DNA from: Macrostomum lignano
Taxonomy: Eukaryota
Length of the DNA stretch: 64,000 nt
Direction of reading: 5' to 3'
NCBI GenBank assembly: GCA_002269645.1
Contig: NIVC01001805.1
Coordinates: 62,001-126,000, forward strand
Below are positions 26,698-38,242 of the stretch, in pieces. Positions within the stretch are counted from its first letter, which is position 1; each line of letters starts with the position of its first letter. A program made the position numbers and the translations under genes. A model generated the notes under the pieces. It was not told the DNA's origin. It saw only the letters and a program-made list of their open reading frames with translations, and made no database searches.

Positions 26698-27580
26698 GAC
26701 GGCTTCCTTTTAAGAAGACGCACGAGTCGGCGGCACCCGGAGAAGCGGCTCTCCGTTCTCGGCTACGCGGACGACCTCGCGCTACTTTCATCGACGGCTG
26801 AAGGTGCCCAGCGGCTGCTTGATGGCCTGACGGCGGCAGAGTCGCGGGTCGGCCTTAAGCTGAACGCGCGGAAGACGGTAGTGTTCACGGTGCCCTCCGA
26901 CTTGCCGGCCGAGATCAATTACCGAGACGCTGCCGGGCATGCATTTATGCGTACCCACTGCGAGCGCTTTGTGTACCTCGGCGGCTCCGTGCCGGACGTT
27001 GCCGACGACCTGAAGAGACGACGAGGACTGGCCTGGGCCGCATTTCGATCTGAGCACTCCGTGCTCCAATCTGAGGCCCTGGACGACGGGCTCAAGGCTC
27101 GGCTGTTTCAGGCAGTCGTCGAGACTGTCCTGTTGTACAACGCCGAGACCTGGACCCTGACGGACGCCTTGGAGAGGCAGCTGGACGCTGTGCATGCGGC
27201 AATGCTGCGTGCGGCTTTCGGAGTGCGCAGCGGCCCAGGCAGCGAGACCAATGCCGCGCTCTACACTAGGGCGCGCCTGACGCGGCCTTCTGACCTGCTG
27301 CGCGGGCGGCGACTTCGACTGGCTGGCCACATCATCCGGTCAGAGGCCCACTGTCCTGAGCCGCTACACGACGTGCTGCTGCTCAAGCTGCAGGGACCAC
27401 GGAGGCGAGGCCAAGGGCAAACGGTGCGATACCCTGACCGACTTCTGAGTGACGCTGGCGCCCCGGACCAAGCAGGGGGATGCGACTTCCTGAGGGCAAT
27501 GGCCCAGAGACGCGCTTTCTGACTGCTCCCCCCTTTCTGGCTACTGCGTGGCCGGCGGGAGCAGTACCTTGTTGTTGTTG
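26698..27580 (+). mobile_element. 5'-truncated RTE-type non-LTR retrotransposon (C-terminal RT region)
   Basis: Open frame 26698-27522 with GYADDLALL, GLKLNARKT, FVYLGG, VLLYNAETWTL, RRLRLAGHIIR; (TTG)n tail 27569-27580; 8-bp TSD TATAAGAT at 26690-26697 and 27581-27588. Confidence 0.9.
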
Positions 27581-28169
27581 TATAAGATTTAGCTACCACT
27601 ATTGATATATCATCAGGTTATACTAGCAATTTATGCTCCCTGTTGGGGAGCAAAGAATGAATGTAATAAGTTTATTAATACTGTAATTTAATAACATATA
27701 ATAATAATGTACAGCAAGCATCACCCGGACAACAGGCATCACCTAGACAGCAAGCATCCCTCAGACAACAAGCATCCCCTAATAGCAAGCAATCCCCCAG
27801 ACAGCAAGCATCCTTTAGATAGCAAGCAATCCCCGAGACAGCAAGCATCTATATACTATAATGGCACAATACTTCAATACTTTTAAAGAGCACTGGCTGA
27901 TATCTCTCCCTAGTTTTTGAATACTTGTATTTAATTATTTATAGCTTGTATCATCAGCTCAAAAATCAGCGCCCCCTGTTAAGGAGCCAAAAATTTAGTA
28001 CAAGTGTTTTAATAAACTACATATAGCATCTCTTTGCAATATACCTTAGCAGTGACATGTCAGCCTTGACATGTTAGCAATTCCCCCCACAAGCCTTAAC
28101 ATATCAACTTCCCCTTTGACATCTCAGTGATGCCCCCCATAAGCTTTGAAATCTTAAAAAATCTGTCAA

Positions 28170-28466
28170 CATACATGCGCAACAGTCGGCCGAGTTGGCC
28201 GATCCGGCCGACCGATTTGGCGACCAACCAAGGAGGTCGCAAAAATGCCCACCCAAAAAATACCAAAGTGGTAGTACTAAGTAGCTGACGAGGCATTCTG
28301 GCTTAGTAAGACAGTTATAGTTACTTCTGCTGTTTACCTAAAGTTGCGATAATTTTGCTTTAGGGTTTTTTACATGTAAATCGCATTTTTGGCTAAAAAC
28401 TACATCGCATTTTTGTTAAAACTAAGTTGCATGGCCGACCGAATTTTCAAGGGTTGCGCATGTATG
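28170..28466. mobile_element. 297-bp MITE, perfect 14-bp TIR CATACATGCGCAAC, 8-bp TSD TCTGTCAA (P-element-like termini)
   Basis: TIRs 28170-28183 and 28453-28466; TSD 28162-28169 and 28467-28474; paralogous empty site at 41726-41733. Superfamily is inference from CA termini plus 8-bp TSD. Confidence 0.85.
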
Positions 28467-30988
28467 TCTGTCAACCTTGTAACCCTAACCTTTAGCTACT
28501 CTGCCTATTGATCAGAGGGTCAGAAAATCAGCCATATATGCTTTGGCACTGCAGTCAAAAACATAGCAGTGATAGACTACTCAGTGTGCAGACAGAGCCA
28601 AAGCATGGTAAAGTGAAATCTATAAATAGCAATTGTCTATGCAGTCCACCAGTCAGCCAAGCTCTGCCACTGAGCATTTTTCTCTCCCGTGTGCATATAC
28701 TAAAGCTTTCAAATACTTAATTATTTATAGCTTGTAGCATCAAGTCAAGAAATTGAAGTTTAAGTCTATGGCTATAGACATATTATTATTTCATTGAGCT
28801 CTTATTGTGACCTTTGGTTAGGATTGCTCACTATTATTCACTATTCTCTCTTCCTTATTCTGGACTTGAGTATCAGCAAAAGCAGAAAAATCGGCCATAG
28901 ACATAAAATTGAAGTTTGAACTCTGACTGCTATAAAAATACACTATTTAGATAGTAAAAATATAGTTTTTTTTAATTTAACTATACTTGGAAATGGCATA
29001 CATAGTTATATTTTTAGCTAGTGACTAGCAAATAAATGGCAATGGCCATCTATGATAAGTGCATTATTCTCAATAAATTGGTTCTATGTAATGCACCAAT
29101 GCTACTACTAGAAAGTATTATTTAGATTTAGGCCTTAGTTATATTAGGCCTATATAGGCCCCTAGATTATACTATGAAAGCTATTTTAAGCTATTAAGAC
29201 CTAATAGCATGATAAGCTGCTATAAGACCAAGATAGCCATATACCAAGATGACCACAATATTGAATCTCTATTATATCAAACTTTTTTCTATTACCTAAG
29301 AGAATAAGACTAAAGAATAACTATTGATATATAACAAGATTCTTTTATTTTAAGGCCTAGCCTACTAGTACTAGGCCTATAACTGCAAGAGGAAAAAATA
29401 AATTAGACATATGGGTTAGGCCTACAGCAAAAATAGAAAAATAATTCTTTTAAAACTAAAGATGGCATTCTTTCATCTTACGATGCCCAAAATTGTATCT
29501 GTTTTGTCTTACGATGCTAATGTTAAATAAGCAAAAAGGCTTTAAAAATGTATAGGCCTACTTTATGACGGAAGAGTGCAGTGTTTCAGAGGTCTTAAAT
29601 TCAATCACACAGTTGGTTTGTACTTATGACTGTATTTCCATGGAAATGTCACAACTCATGCGCTTTAACATTGTGTCCGCCCTCATTAGCAACTGAAGCT
29701 ATCGAGCCATTATAAACCGTTTCGTTTTATGATGCCTTATAAATAATTCCCGACTGAAAATATTTGTCCTTTCAAAAACAGTAAGTGTGCCAGTTGTGCC
29801 ACAAATATGCCCTTTGACAGAGTTATAAATGTCTTTGTATGTCATATTTGGCACACTTGATACAATTGTACCAATTGTGCCGTAGCTATGCCATTTGGCA
29901 CAGTTTGTAAATGTCGATGTATGTCCTATTTGGCACACTTGACACAAATAGTATTTTTACTGCTAATTGGCCAATGAAACCAATTGGCACACTTGGCACA
30001 CTTGCTACAATTGTTCCAGTTGTGCCACAGCTATACCATTTAGCACAGTTATAAATGTCTTTGTATGTTCTATTTGGCACACCTGGCACAAATAACCTTT
30101 TTATAGCTAATTCCCCTTGGAAACCATTTGGCACACTTGGCGCACTTACTACAAGTGTACCAGTTGTGCCACAGCTATACTATTTGACACAGTTATATAA
30201 CTGTCTTGGACTGTCCTTCTTGGCACACTTGGCACGAATATCCTTTTTATAGCTAATTGGTTATTAAAACAGACTGGCACACTTGGCACACTTGCTACAA
30301 TTGTACCAGTTGTGCCACAGCTATGACATTTGGCACAGTTATATGTCTTTGTCCTTCTTGGCACACTTGGCTCAAATAACCTTTTTTATTGCTAATTACC
30401 TAACAAAACTGTTTGACGCACACCCGGTGCAACTTGCACTGAGGCTGCGACGTCAGTAGCTTCGATTTTGGCAGATGACCGGCAGGTTTTCACTCCCAAC
30501 TTGCGGCATGATCTGCTCAGACGCTCGAAAATGGCGCAACCGCGTTTGATTGACGCCATTACAAAAGAACTAAAGCAGCAGATCACGCAGCATCTCGCCG
30601 TCCATCTAGATCAGCTCGTGGACCCAGCCGTCACAGTTGACAACATGCTGGTCGACGACAATGGAAAGAAATTATACTACGGTAAGAAATTAATAGTCCT
30701 TCATTTATGATCGCGCAAATATCCTATTGTTACTCTCAAACGCTCTTCAATCCTTAAAAAACACCTCTGCAGCCAATCGGTTTCGCCTTTACGTCCAACG
30801 TCGCTTGGACCAGGGTCACGGCCAGTAAGGATATATCAAGAACCAACGACTCCGGCCAACCTCAATGCACTTCTCTGCAAGATGGTGCGGGGGTGCTTCA
30901 GCGACGACGAGATTTTGGTAACGTCGTTGAGCGGTCGCGCTACTGAGCCTGGTCGGCCACGCCTGCTACCTGGCTGGAATGGTCGGGA

Positions 30989-31080
30989 GGTTCCGCCTCC
31001 CGGAGCGCGCTCGCGCGCTTCCCATGGCTGCCGCCTTCACGCGGCGGGACCATCCGGGTTCGCCCGGCCAAGTGCAGCCA
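30989..31080 (+). ncRNA. Candidate HDV-like self-cleaving ribozyme at the retrotransposon 5' end
   Basis: P2 31025-31031/31074-31080, P3 GCC/GGC around L3 UUCACGC (31036-31042), P4 CCGGG-UUCG-CCCGG (31054-31067), J4/2 CCAA (31068-31071), P1 GGUUCC 30989-30994/GGGACC 31046-31051; P1.1 non-canonical. Confidence 0.6.
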
Positions 31081-34000
31081 CCACCCCGGACCCGTGCGAG
31101 GGTCTTCGAGCGCCCCGGGTTTTTCCACGCTGAGCCAGGCCTCCCAGCTCACCTGGCTCAGCTGCTTCTCAGAGCTGGAGACGTCGAGTCCAACCCTGGG
31201 CCGGCCTTCCCGTGCGGAGGCTGTGCCGAGGAGGTAGCCAGGGGCTACTCCACCTGCTGCTCCGACTGCGGCCTGTGGTGGCACCGCCGTTGTTCCCGCC
31301 TCACTATTGCGGCTATCAACCGGCTCCACCGGGACAAGGCACCGTGGCACTGTCCCACCTGCGCCCACCAGCCTGCCGCTTCAGCGCCGCAGCCCGCTGC
31401 GACTCCGGCCCCCTCCGCGGCTGCAGGCCCCACTGGCACCCACCAGACGCCAACGGCTACGACTCCACCTCCCCCGAACCCCGCACCGGCACCCCCGCCC
31501 TCCCTGATGGCGCAACCAGCGCGGGCGGGGGCGCCGAACAACAGCGGGGCGGCTTTCCGCATCGTCCAGCTCAACGCGGCAGGGCTCCGCTCCCGCAAGC
31601 TGGAACTGCTCCACTTCCTGGAGAAGCAGGGCGCCGACGTCGCCTGCATCCAGGAGACGAACCTGTCCGGCAACACAGCGGCCCCACGCCTCAAAGGGTG
31701 GCAGATCGCTGGCCGGAAGGACCGCAACATCGGCCGCGACGGGGAGGCAGCCAGAACCCACCACGGGGGCGTCTGCTTCCTTGTCAAGGAGGGCATTCAA
31801 TTCGCCGACCTTCCACTAGGCGAGCTCGTCACCCACGCCACGTCCGCCGAAGCCTCGGGCCTCCGTATCCACGACCCCCGGCTACCACGTCCCCTGGATG
31901 TGATCAACATCTACCTCCCGCCGGTCCGCGCCGCAGACGGCCGCACGGACGCCTTCGAGCCCGACTGGATCCCCGTTTCACGGGACTCGTTGGTGCTGGG
32001 CGACTTCAACGCCCACCACGGGATGTGGGACGCCTCGGCGGACGACGACGAGCTGGGCAGGGCCCTCGAAGACTGGGCGACGACCTACGACCTGGTCGCT
32101 CTGAACGACGGCTCCCCAACTAGGATCAGCCCCCACGGCCTGCCGAGCTCCCCTGACGTCTCCTTCGCCCACGCCTCCTGGCAAGACCGGATCGAGTGGC
32201 GAACCGGGGAGCACATCGGCTCAGACCACCTGCCGATCATCATCGACATCGCAGCCTCCGGCCCGGCCCGCTCCAGCTCCAAGCGCCTGACGCGGTACGC
32301 CTACCACAAGGCGGACTGGGACCTGTTCCAGCGGACCCTCGACCAGGCCCTGGCCAGCTGGCCGGAGCGCCCCCCACGCACGGTGCCCGTCGCCGCCAAC
32401 CGGTTCGCGTCCGCCGTCACCAGCGCCGCCAAGGCGGCCATCCCGAGAGGCTGCCGGCGCGCCCCGATCGCCTGGTGGTGCCCGGAAGCCGAGGCGGCCT
32501 GCACCGCCCGCTGCGCGGCGCTCGAAGCGCTTCGCGCGAGCCCGGACGACCCGGCGCTCTCGGCCGCGTACCAGGCTGCTGCCGCCGCGGCTGCTCACGC
32601 CATCTGCCGCGCCAAGGAGTCGCTGTGGCGTGATTTCATCACTGACCCGGGTCACGACCTGTGTTCCGCCGACCTCTGGCGGATCATCCGGGCCCTCGAC
32701 GGACGGTCCCAGGGCACCCCCTCGTCGGCTGCCATCCAGGGCTCCACGGGGGCACCGGCCGTCTCCGACAAACAGAAGGCCGCGCTTTTCTGCCGGGAGT
32801 ACGCCGCCGTCAGCAGGCTCCCCAAGAACAAGGCGGAAGACCGGCCGGTCATCCAAGAAGCCCGTCACATGCTCCGCGCCCCCTGCAGCTGCCAAGGCCT
32901 CCGCAGCGGCCCCTGCTCCGACTTCCAGCCCGACGCCCTCCGCCGCGCCTTGGTGCGCCTGCCGGACCGCTCGGCCCCGGGACCGGACGGGGTCGCGAAC
33001 ATCATGCTGAAGCATCTGTCCGACCTGGGGCTCCGCTGCCTCCTGGACCTCCTGAACCTCTCGTGGAGGACGGGGGAGGTGCCCGCCCCGTGGCGCCTTG
33101 CGGAGATCCGCCCGATCCCCAAATCGGACAAGCCAGCCGGCCTGACATCCAGCTTCCGCCCTATCAGCCTCCTCAGCTGCCTGGGCAAGCTCGCGGAGAA
33201 GATGGTGAACGAGCGGCTGTCCTACATCCTCGAGGCAAATGACGCTCTCCACCCGTCGCAAGCCGGTTTCCGTCAGGGCCGCTCCACGGAGGAGCACATC
33301 GCCGCGGCGGCCCAGTACATTTTCGACGGTTTCCAGGCCAAGAAGCCGGCAGCCCGCACCGCTCTGCTCCTTGCAGACTTCTCCAGAGCCTACGACCGCG
33401 TCTGGAGAGCCGCCCTCATCGTCAAGCTCGGTCGGAAGGGGATCCCCACGTGCCTCATCCGCTGGCTCAAGGGATTTCTCTCCGACAGGAGGGCCTTCGT
33501 GCGGTGGGTCAGTGCGGCCTGCAAGCCAACCGTGTTCTCCGAGGGGCTGCCGCAGGGGTCGGTCCTCGCCCCGATCCTGTGGGTGATCTACATGGACGAC
33601 CTCCTGGACGGCGCCCCACGAACTGCCTCACGCTGGCGTACGCCGACGACAGCACCTTCGGCGCGCAAGGGACCACCCCTCGGGAGTGTGAGCGGGCCCT
33701 GCAACCGGCGGCCGACTGGCTCGTGCGCTGGTCCCAAACCTGGAAGGTGGACCTGAGCCGCACCAAGTCGGTCGTCGCTTTCTTCTCGCTCGACCCCCGG
33801 GAGGTCAACGGAAAGGTCCAGCCGCGCATCCTCCTCGGCGACTCGCCAGCTCCGTTCGAGCTGCATCCGAGGCTCCTGGGAGTGCACCTCGACTCCCAGC
33901 TGACCTTCCGCCACCATGCCGAGCTCCGGCGCCGCGCCCTCCAGCAGCGCACCGGCGTCCTACGCTGCCTCGCGGGCCGCGACTGGGGCCAGGACGGCCA

Positions 34001-35403
34001 GCGCCTCGTCCAGCTCTACCGCACCTACGCGGAGGCGGCCGCGCTCCACGGCGCCTCCACGTGGCTCACCTTCGCGTCCGACTCCTGCCGGGACGAAGTC
34101 GAGATTGCGCACCGATCGGCCGCCCGCGTCATCACTGGCTGCTGCCGCTCGACCGCCATTGGCCCCTCATGGCTGAGGCCGACCTCGTGCCCCTGGCGAC
34201 CAGAGCGGAGGCGGCAGGCGCAGCCCTGTTCGAGCGAGCCCTCCGTCACCGACAACCGACTCCGCTCCGCGCTGCAGCGGGCAAGACCTCTACGCCCCGC
34301 TTGCGCGCTCACGGGGAGCCTGGGGCCTTCCGTAGGAACTGGCGCGACTCGGCGCAGCACCTGAGCGCCGCCGCCGGCCTGGCCACCCTCCCCGGGAGCA
34401 GGAAAACCTCCCTCCGCCGCCATGGTCCGACACCAGCCGGGTCACCATCCGCTGCGACCTCCTGACCGCGACCTCCCGAGAGGAGGCGCCCCACGTCAGA
34501 AAGCTGGCCGCGCTGGAGACGCTGGCGAGCCTCCCGCCCGCCGACCTGGAGCTCTGGACAGACGGTTCAGCCTCCGGGGGCACCCTCAACGGCGGAGCGG
34601 GGGCGGTCATCTTCAGCAAGACCGCGCCGCCAGTCCACCTGTCGCAGGCTGCGGGCCGTCACTCTTCCTCCTTCCGTGCCGAGGAGTCGGCTCTCCGGCT
34701 GGGGCTTCAGCACGTCGCCTCCAGGCCGGACCTTGCCTCCCTGAGCGGCCTCCGCTGCCTGACGGACTCGCAGTCCCTGCTCCGAGCCCTCGAGAAGGGA
34801 CCGTCCAAGTCCTCCTCGCCAGCGTGCCGGGAGATCTGGACGCTGCTGACCCACGTCGCCGCCCGCTTCCCAATCTGGCTGCAATGGGTCCCCAGCCACT
34901 GCGACCTCCGGCGGAACGATGCTGCGGACGTCACCGCCAAGACCGCGGCCGGCCTCCCCCAGAACGAGACGCCGATCGACTTCGGGTCAGCGCGGGCCGC
35001 CCTCCGCCGGGTCCTCGCCGAGCGCACCCGCGAAGCCAACGCGGCCGACCCGCACTGCGCCACCCACCGTCTGGCAACCGCCATCGCCGCCCCGCGGCCA
35101 CGCCTTAACCGGGCCGACGCGGTGACCCTCGCCCAGCTGCGCACGGGCCACTCACCGCTCCTGCGCTGGTATCGGCACCGGATCGGCCTGGACACCGCCG
35201 CCACCTGCCCCCGCTGCGGGGCCGCCGACGAAGACGTGGCCCACGTCCTCCTGCACTGCCGGGCCCTTGACGACCTTCGGGCCCGCACCCTAGGGCGAAA
35301 CCCGTCCCTGGCCGTCCTCTCGACGGACGGCCTCCGCGCGCTCGATTTCCTCCGCACGGTAGGGGCGCAGACACGCCCCCCGGATCCAACCGGCCGGGAG
35401 TAA
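31024..35403 (+). CDS. Retrotransposon polyprotein (~1460 aa after correcting three -1 frameshifts at ~33615, ~34165, ~34392)
   Basis: PHD C4HC3 31213-31362; APE (IVQLNAAGL, QETNL, LGDFNAHH, SDHLPI); RT (PGPDGV, FRPISLL, QAGFR, GLPQGSVLAP, YADD); RNase H (WTDGS, FRAEESAL, LTDSQS, QWVPSH, NDAAD); CPRC-X8-H-X4-C knuckle; no in-frame stop in the stitched frames. Confidence 0.88.
31141..31203 (+). other. 2A-like StopGo peptide LPAHLAQLLLRAGDVESNPG/P
   Basis: Exact D-V-E-S-N-P-G-P consensus preceded by the typical LLLRAG; in frame with PHD/APE/RT. Confidence 0.9.
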
Positions 35404-38015
35404 CAACAACAACAACCTGGCTGGAATCGACATCCCAACCAATGAAAGCGATTGAAAAGGCCTACGTCCGATGCTCCATCACTGTCAGTCGGCGTGAAAA
35501 GCAATCCGGACGTTTGCCTGTAAAGAAACTTCATCAAGGTGCGGCTGCCAATGTCACTGACACTGTGCAGTCGGAGGCGGCTAATGCACTCGCGAGGACT
35601 GAGCGCGGGATATCTGCTGTTGCATCTAGCAAAACTAAACTTGTTTGGCAGATGCGGGACCCGTCTAGCTTGGTCTGTCTCCCTCATGTTTCTGGTTTTG
35701 TTTTCCCCTGGAAATATGCTCTTTCCCACATAAAGTAACCAACTACATTACTATAGTTAGTTCCAGACTCGTAAATTACAATAGCACCAGGAATCAGACT
35801 TGTTGTCTAACTAGAAAAGTATAGGGGAACAGAGGTATTGGAGTTGGTTTCACTAATTGCTTGTTTTTTATCTAGTTGTTTGTTTGTGCTTTTTAAATTA
35901 GTGTATACATTAGATGTATACATGTTGTTACATTAAAATCCTGTGCCACGTGTAGTCGACTCAGTAGTTAATTTGTTACATTGCATGTTTTAATTTCAAA
36001 TGTATTAGAAGTGTAAACTCTTTGACTGGCACCACAATTTTCATGCACCGCGCTTTTTAATTACGTTGTTTTGTTTCCTGTCCAATGTCCGCTGTCTGTT
36101 ATGTTTCTTTCCGTTAACTTCTAGTATGCATTTTTTAATTCCGCAGCCTCCCCTTTTTCCTGTTTTATACATGTTTTTTTGTCCTATTTGCTACTTCCCA
36201 TTAAATATATACGTATTTATGCAACATCCCTTTTTCCAACTGTTTTAATCTGTTTATGTTCGCGCTCAACATTATTTTAAAGTTTAATTTACATTGACAA
36301 CTCTTTTCAATTTGTCTTCCCTCATTTAAACATGAGAAGGACTTCTCGCAAAATCTTAGCTACTTTATACATACACTTCATAACTCGTAGTTGACTAACG
36401 GGTCAACTATAACAGCATCAGATAGCATATTATGCGCTTAGTTCAACTGCTTTAAACTGCAATTCACTTGTCTGGAGAATTTACGCCAAATGGCACAGTA
36501 CGCGCTAGTTTAACTGCTTCTAGCTGCACATTTACTCGTATGGTGCCAAATGGTACATTTATGGCACAGTTGTGGCACAGTTGTGGCACAGCAGTGCACA
36601 ATTAAAAATTTGATTCTTAATTGTGGCACATGTGCCAATTGGCACAGCTTGGCACAGTTATATTTGTGCCAAGCTGTGCCACCAATTGTCGATTCTCACA
36701 AATTTCGTGTCGTTTCGACAGTTATTTTGGGATTCCCCCCAATTCATTTTTTATGTGCTATTTGACGCATTTAAAGAACAATTATTTCCGGTCGGGTTAC
36801 AATGTCTAGGGCATTGCAAAACGAAACGGATATTATAGCTGGCTAGTAAATAACTCATACATTACACGAAGAGTCCTGTGAATTGATAAAGAAGAGGAGA
36901 CAAAAGCAGTAAACCAATTTAAGGACCCAAAGTAACCCCCCCCCTCACTTTCGTTTTGCGATGCCCATAATGGACTGAATTACACCAGAGGCATTGTAAA
37001 ATGAAACAGAATATATAGCTTGACTTTCATTTATGAACAACAATCCATCAAATATACAAAATACAAAATATGTGTATAGCCATAAAACGAAAATTATAGG
37101 GCCTACAGAAACTACACCATCATGCCTACGCCATATGCTTTCTATGGGCATCGTAAAACGAATGGGGGCCGTCCCATGGTCCCATTGAAATGCATAGCAG
37201 GCATCGTAAGACGAAAGAATGCCCTGAAGGTTAAGGTAGGCCCCTAGTCTTTAGCTTGATGCATTTCACTTTAGGCTAGGCCTATGCCACCTATGATAGA
37301 ATTTAGGAAAAATTTAATAGCCCTAGCCTAGGACAGGCCTAGGTGGGTGGCTAGCTAGCTAGTAAGGCCTCTTTCTGCTTCGACCTCGAGGTATGACCTA
37401 GTCCTAAACAAATATTCTCTAGGACTAGGACTAGGGCCTAGTAGGACTAAATGTCATAGGCCTGACAGCTGCAACTGTAAATCGACTTTTTAAAAAGCAC
37501 TCATTCATACTCATAGTCACATAAGGTTTAAAAAACTTGCTATTTTTTATTTATAAAATTTATATAAAATCATTAGGGCCTAATCTTAACAAGGTATAGG
37601 ATCCGTCCTTAGGATATGATTTTTTGAGCCATTTTTGAGGTGTAGGCCGAATTATTTCTCTAACGAAAAATAGTTTATTCAATAAAAAATAGCAAAAAAA
37701 CAATATAAGCATTTGAGATACTATACCTAAATTTAGTTTTATAAAACACTAGTAAGTCTATATCTTCCTATTTAGTTAATCTACGTCACATTTCAAAATT
37801 CGGTAGTACAAAATAGAATTTAAATTACAGCTTTTGATGGGCAATTGTTTAATTACTGATTCTTCATTGATAGTACAAATACAATACGGACAATATCAAC
37901 AAGTACGAACGATAGTAGTGGTACATACACACACACGTCATTACGCATGAAACAAGCACGACTGTTTGACATTGTCATTAATAACAATAATGACAATAGT
38001 AATGTTAAGATTAGC

Positions 38016-38242
38016 AGCAATCTTTTACTTTACTGCGTTTAATTAATTTAACCGTTTTTTTATTTCAGAACATTTAAAGATGGTAGGAGGATAAAAGGTG
38101 AGTGTCTTTAAGTGTTAGGTAAGTCAATTAGTCAGTAGTAATTACAAATATTATTTATATTTGTAAATAGAAAAATAATAAAAAAATAATAAAAAAATTA
38201 CAAATATAAAAATAATTAAACGCAGTAAAGTAACAGATTGCC
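38016..38242. mobile_element. 227-bp MITE, 29-bp TIRs (27/29), 8-bp TSD AGATTAGC (GG termini, Merlin-like by inference)
   Basis: TIRs 38016-38044 and 38214-38242; TSD 38008-38015 and 38243-38250. Confidence 0.8.

Larger units (their letters stand above)
30981..35414 (+). mobile_element. Apparently full-length single-ORF non-LTR retrotransposon, Ingi/L1Tc-like (2A-PHD-APE-RT-RNase H-CCHC)
   Basis: 12-13-bp TSD (A)CCTGGCTGGAAT at 30968-30980 and 35415-35427; stop TAA at 35401-35403 directly followed by (CAA)n tail; GC-rich island in AT-rich DNA. Clade assignment from domain order, not phylogeny. Confidence 0.93.
30468..35738 (+). pseudogene. Spliced BEN-domain-like gene remnant interrupted by the Ingi insertion
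   Basis: Exon-like 30468-30681 (donor GTAAGA), acceptor ctctgcag at 30772, frame ...ANLNALLCKMVRGCFSDDEILVTSLSGRATEPGRPRL before the insertion and MKAIEKAY... after it; resembles the N-terminal half of BEN by eye; splice phase and frame across the insertion do not join cleanly. Confidence 0.4.
29464..37223. mobile_element. Non-autonomous TIR DNA transposon (~3.3 kb native plus 4.4-kb nested retrotransposon)
   Basis: 24-bp TIRs 23/24 identical (29464-29487, 37200-37223); flanking 8-mers CTAAAGAT/CTGAAGGT (6/8); inverted subterminal GGCACA/TGTGCC arrays at ~29780-30370 and ~36490-36680; no transposase seen. Confidence 0.7.

Noticed and set aside
30979-30981. ATG at 30979 as the retrotransposon start
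   Set aside because: Formed across the TSD/element junction; the first element-encoded ATG is 31024
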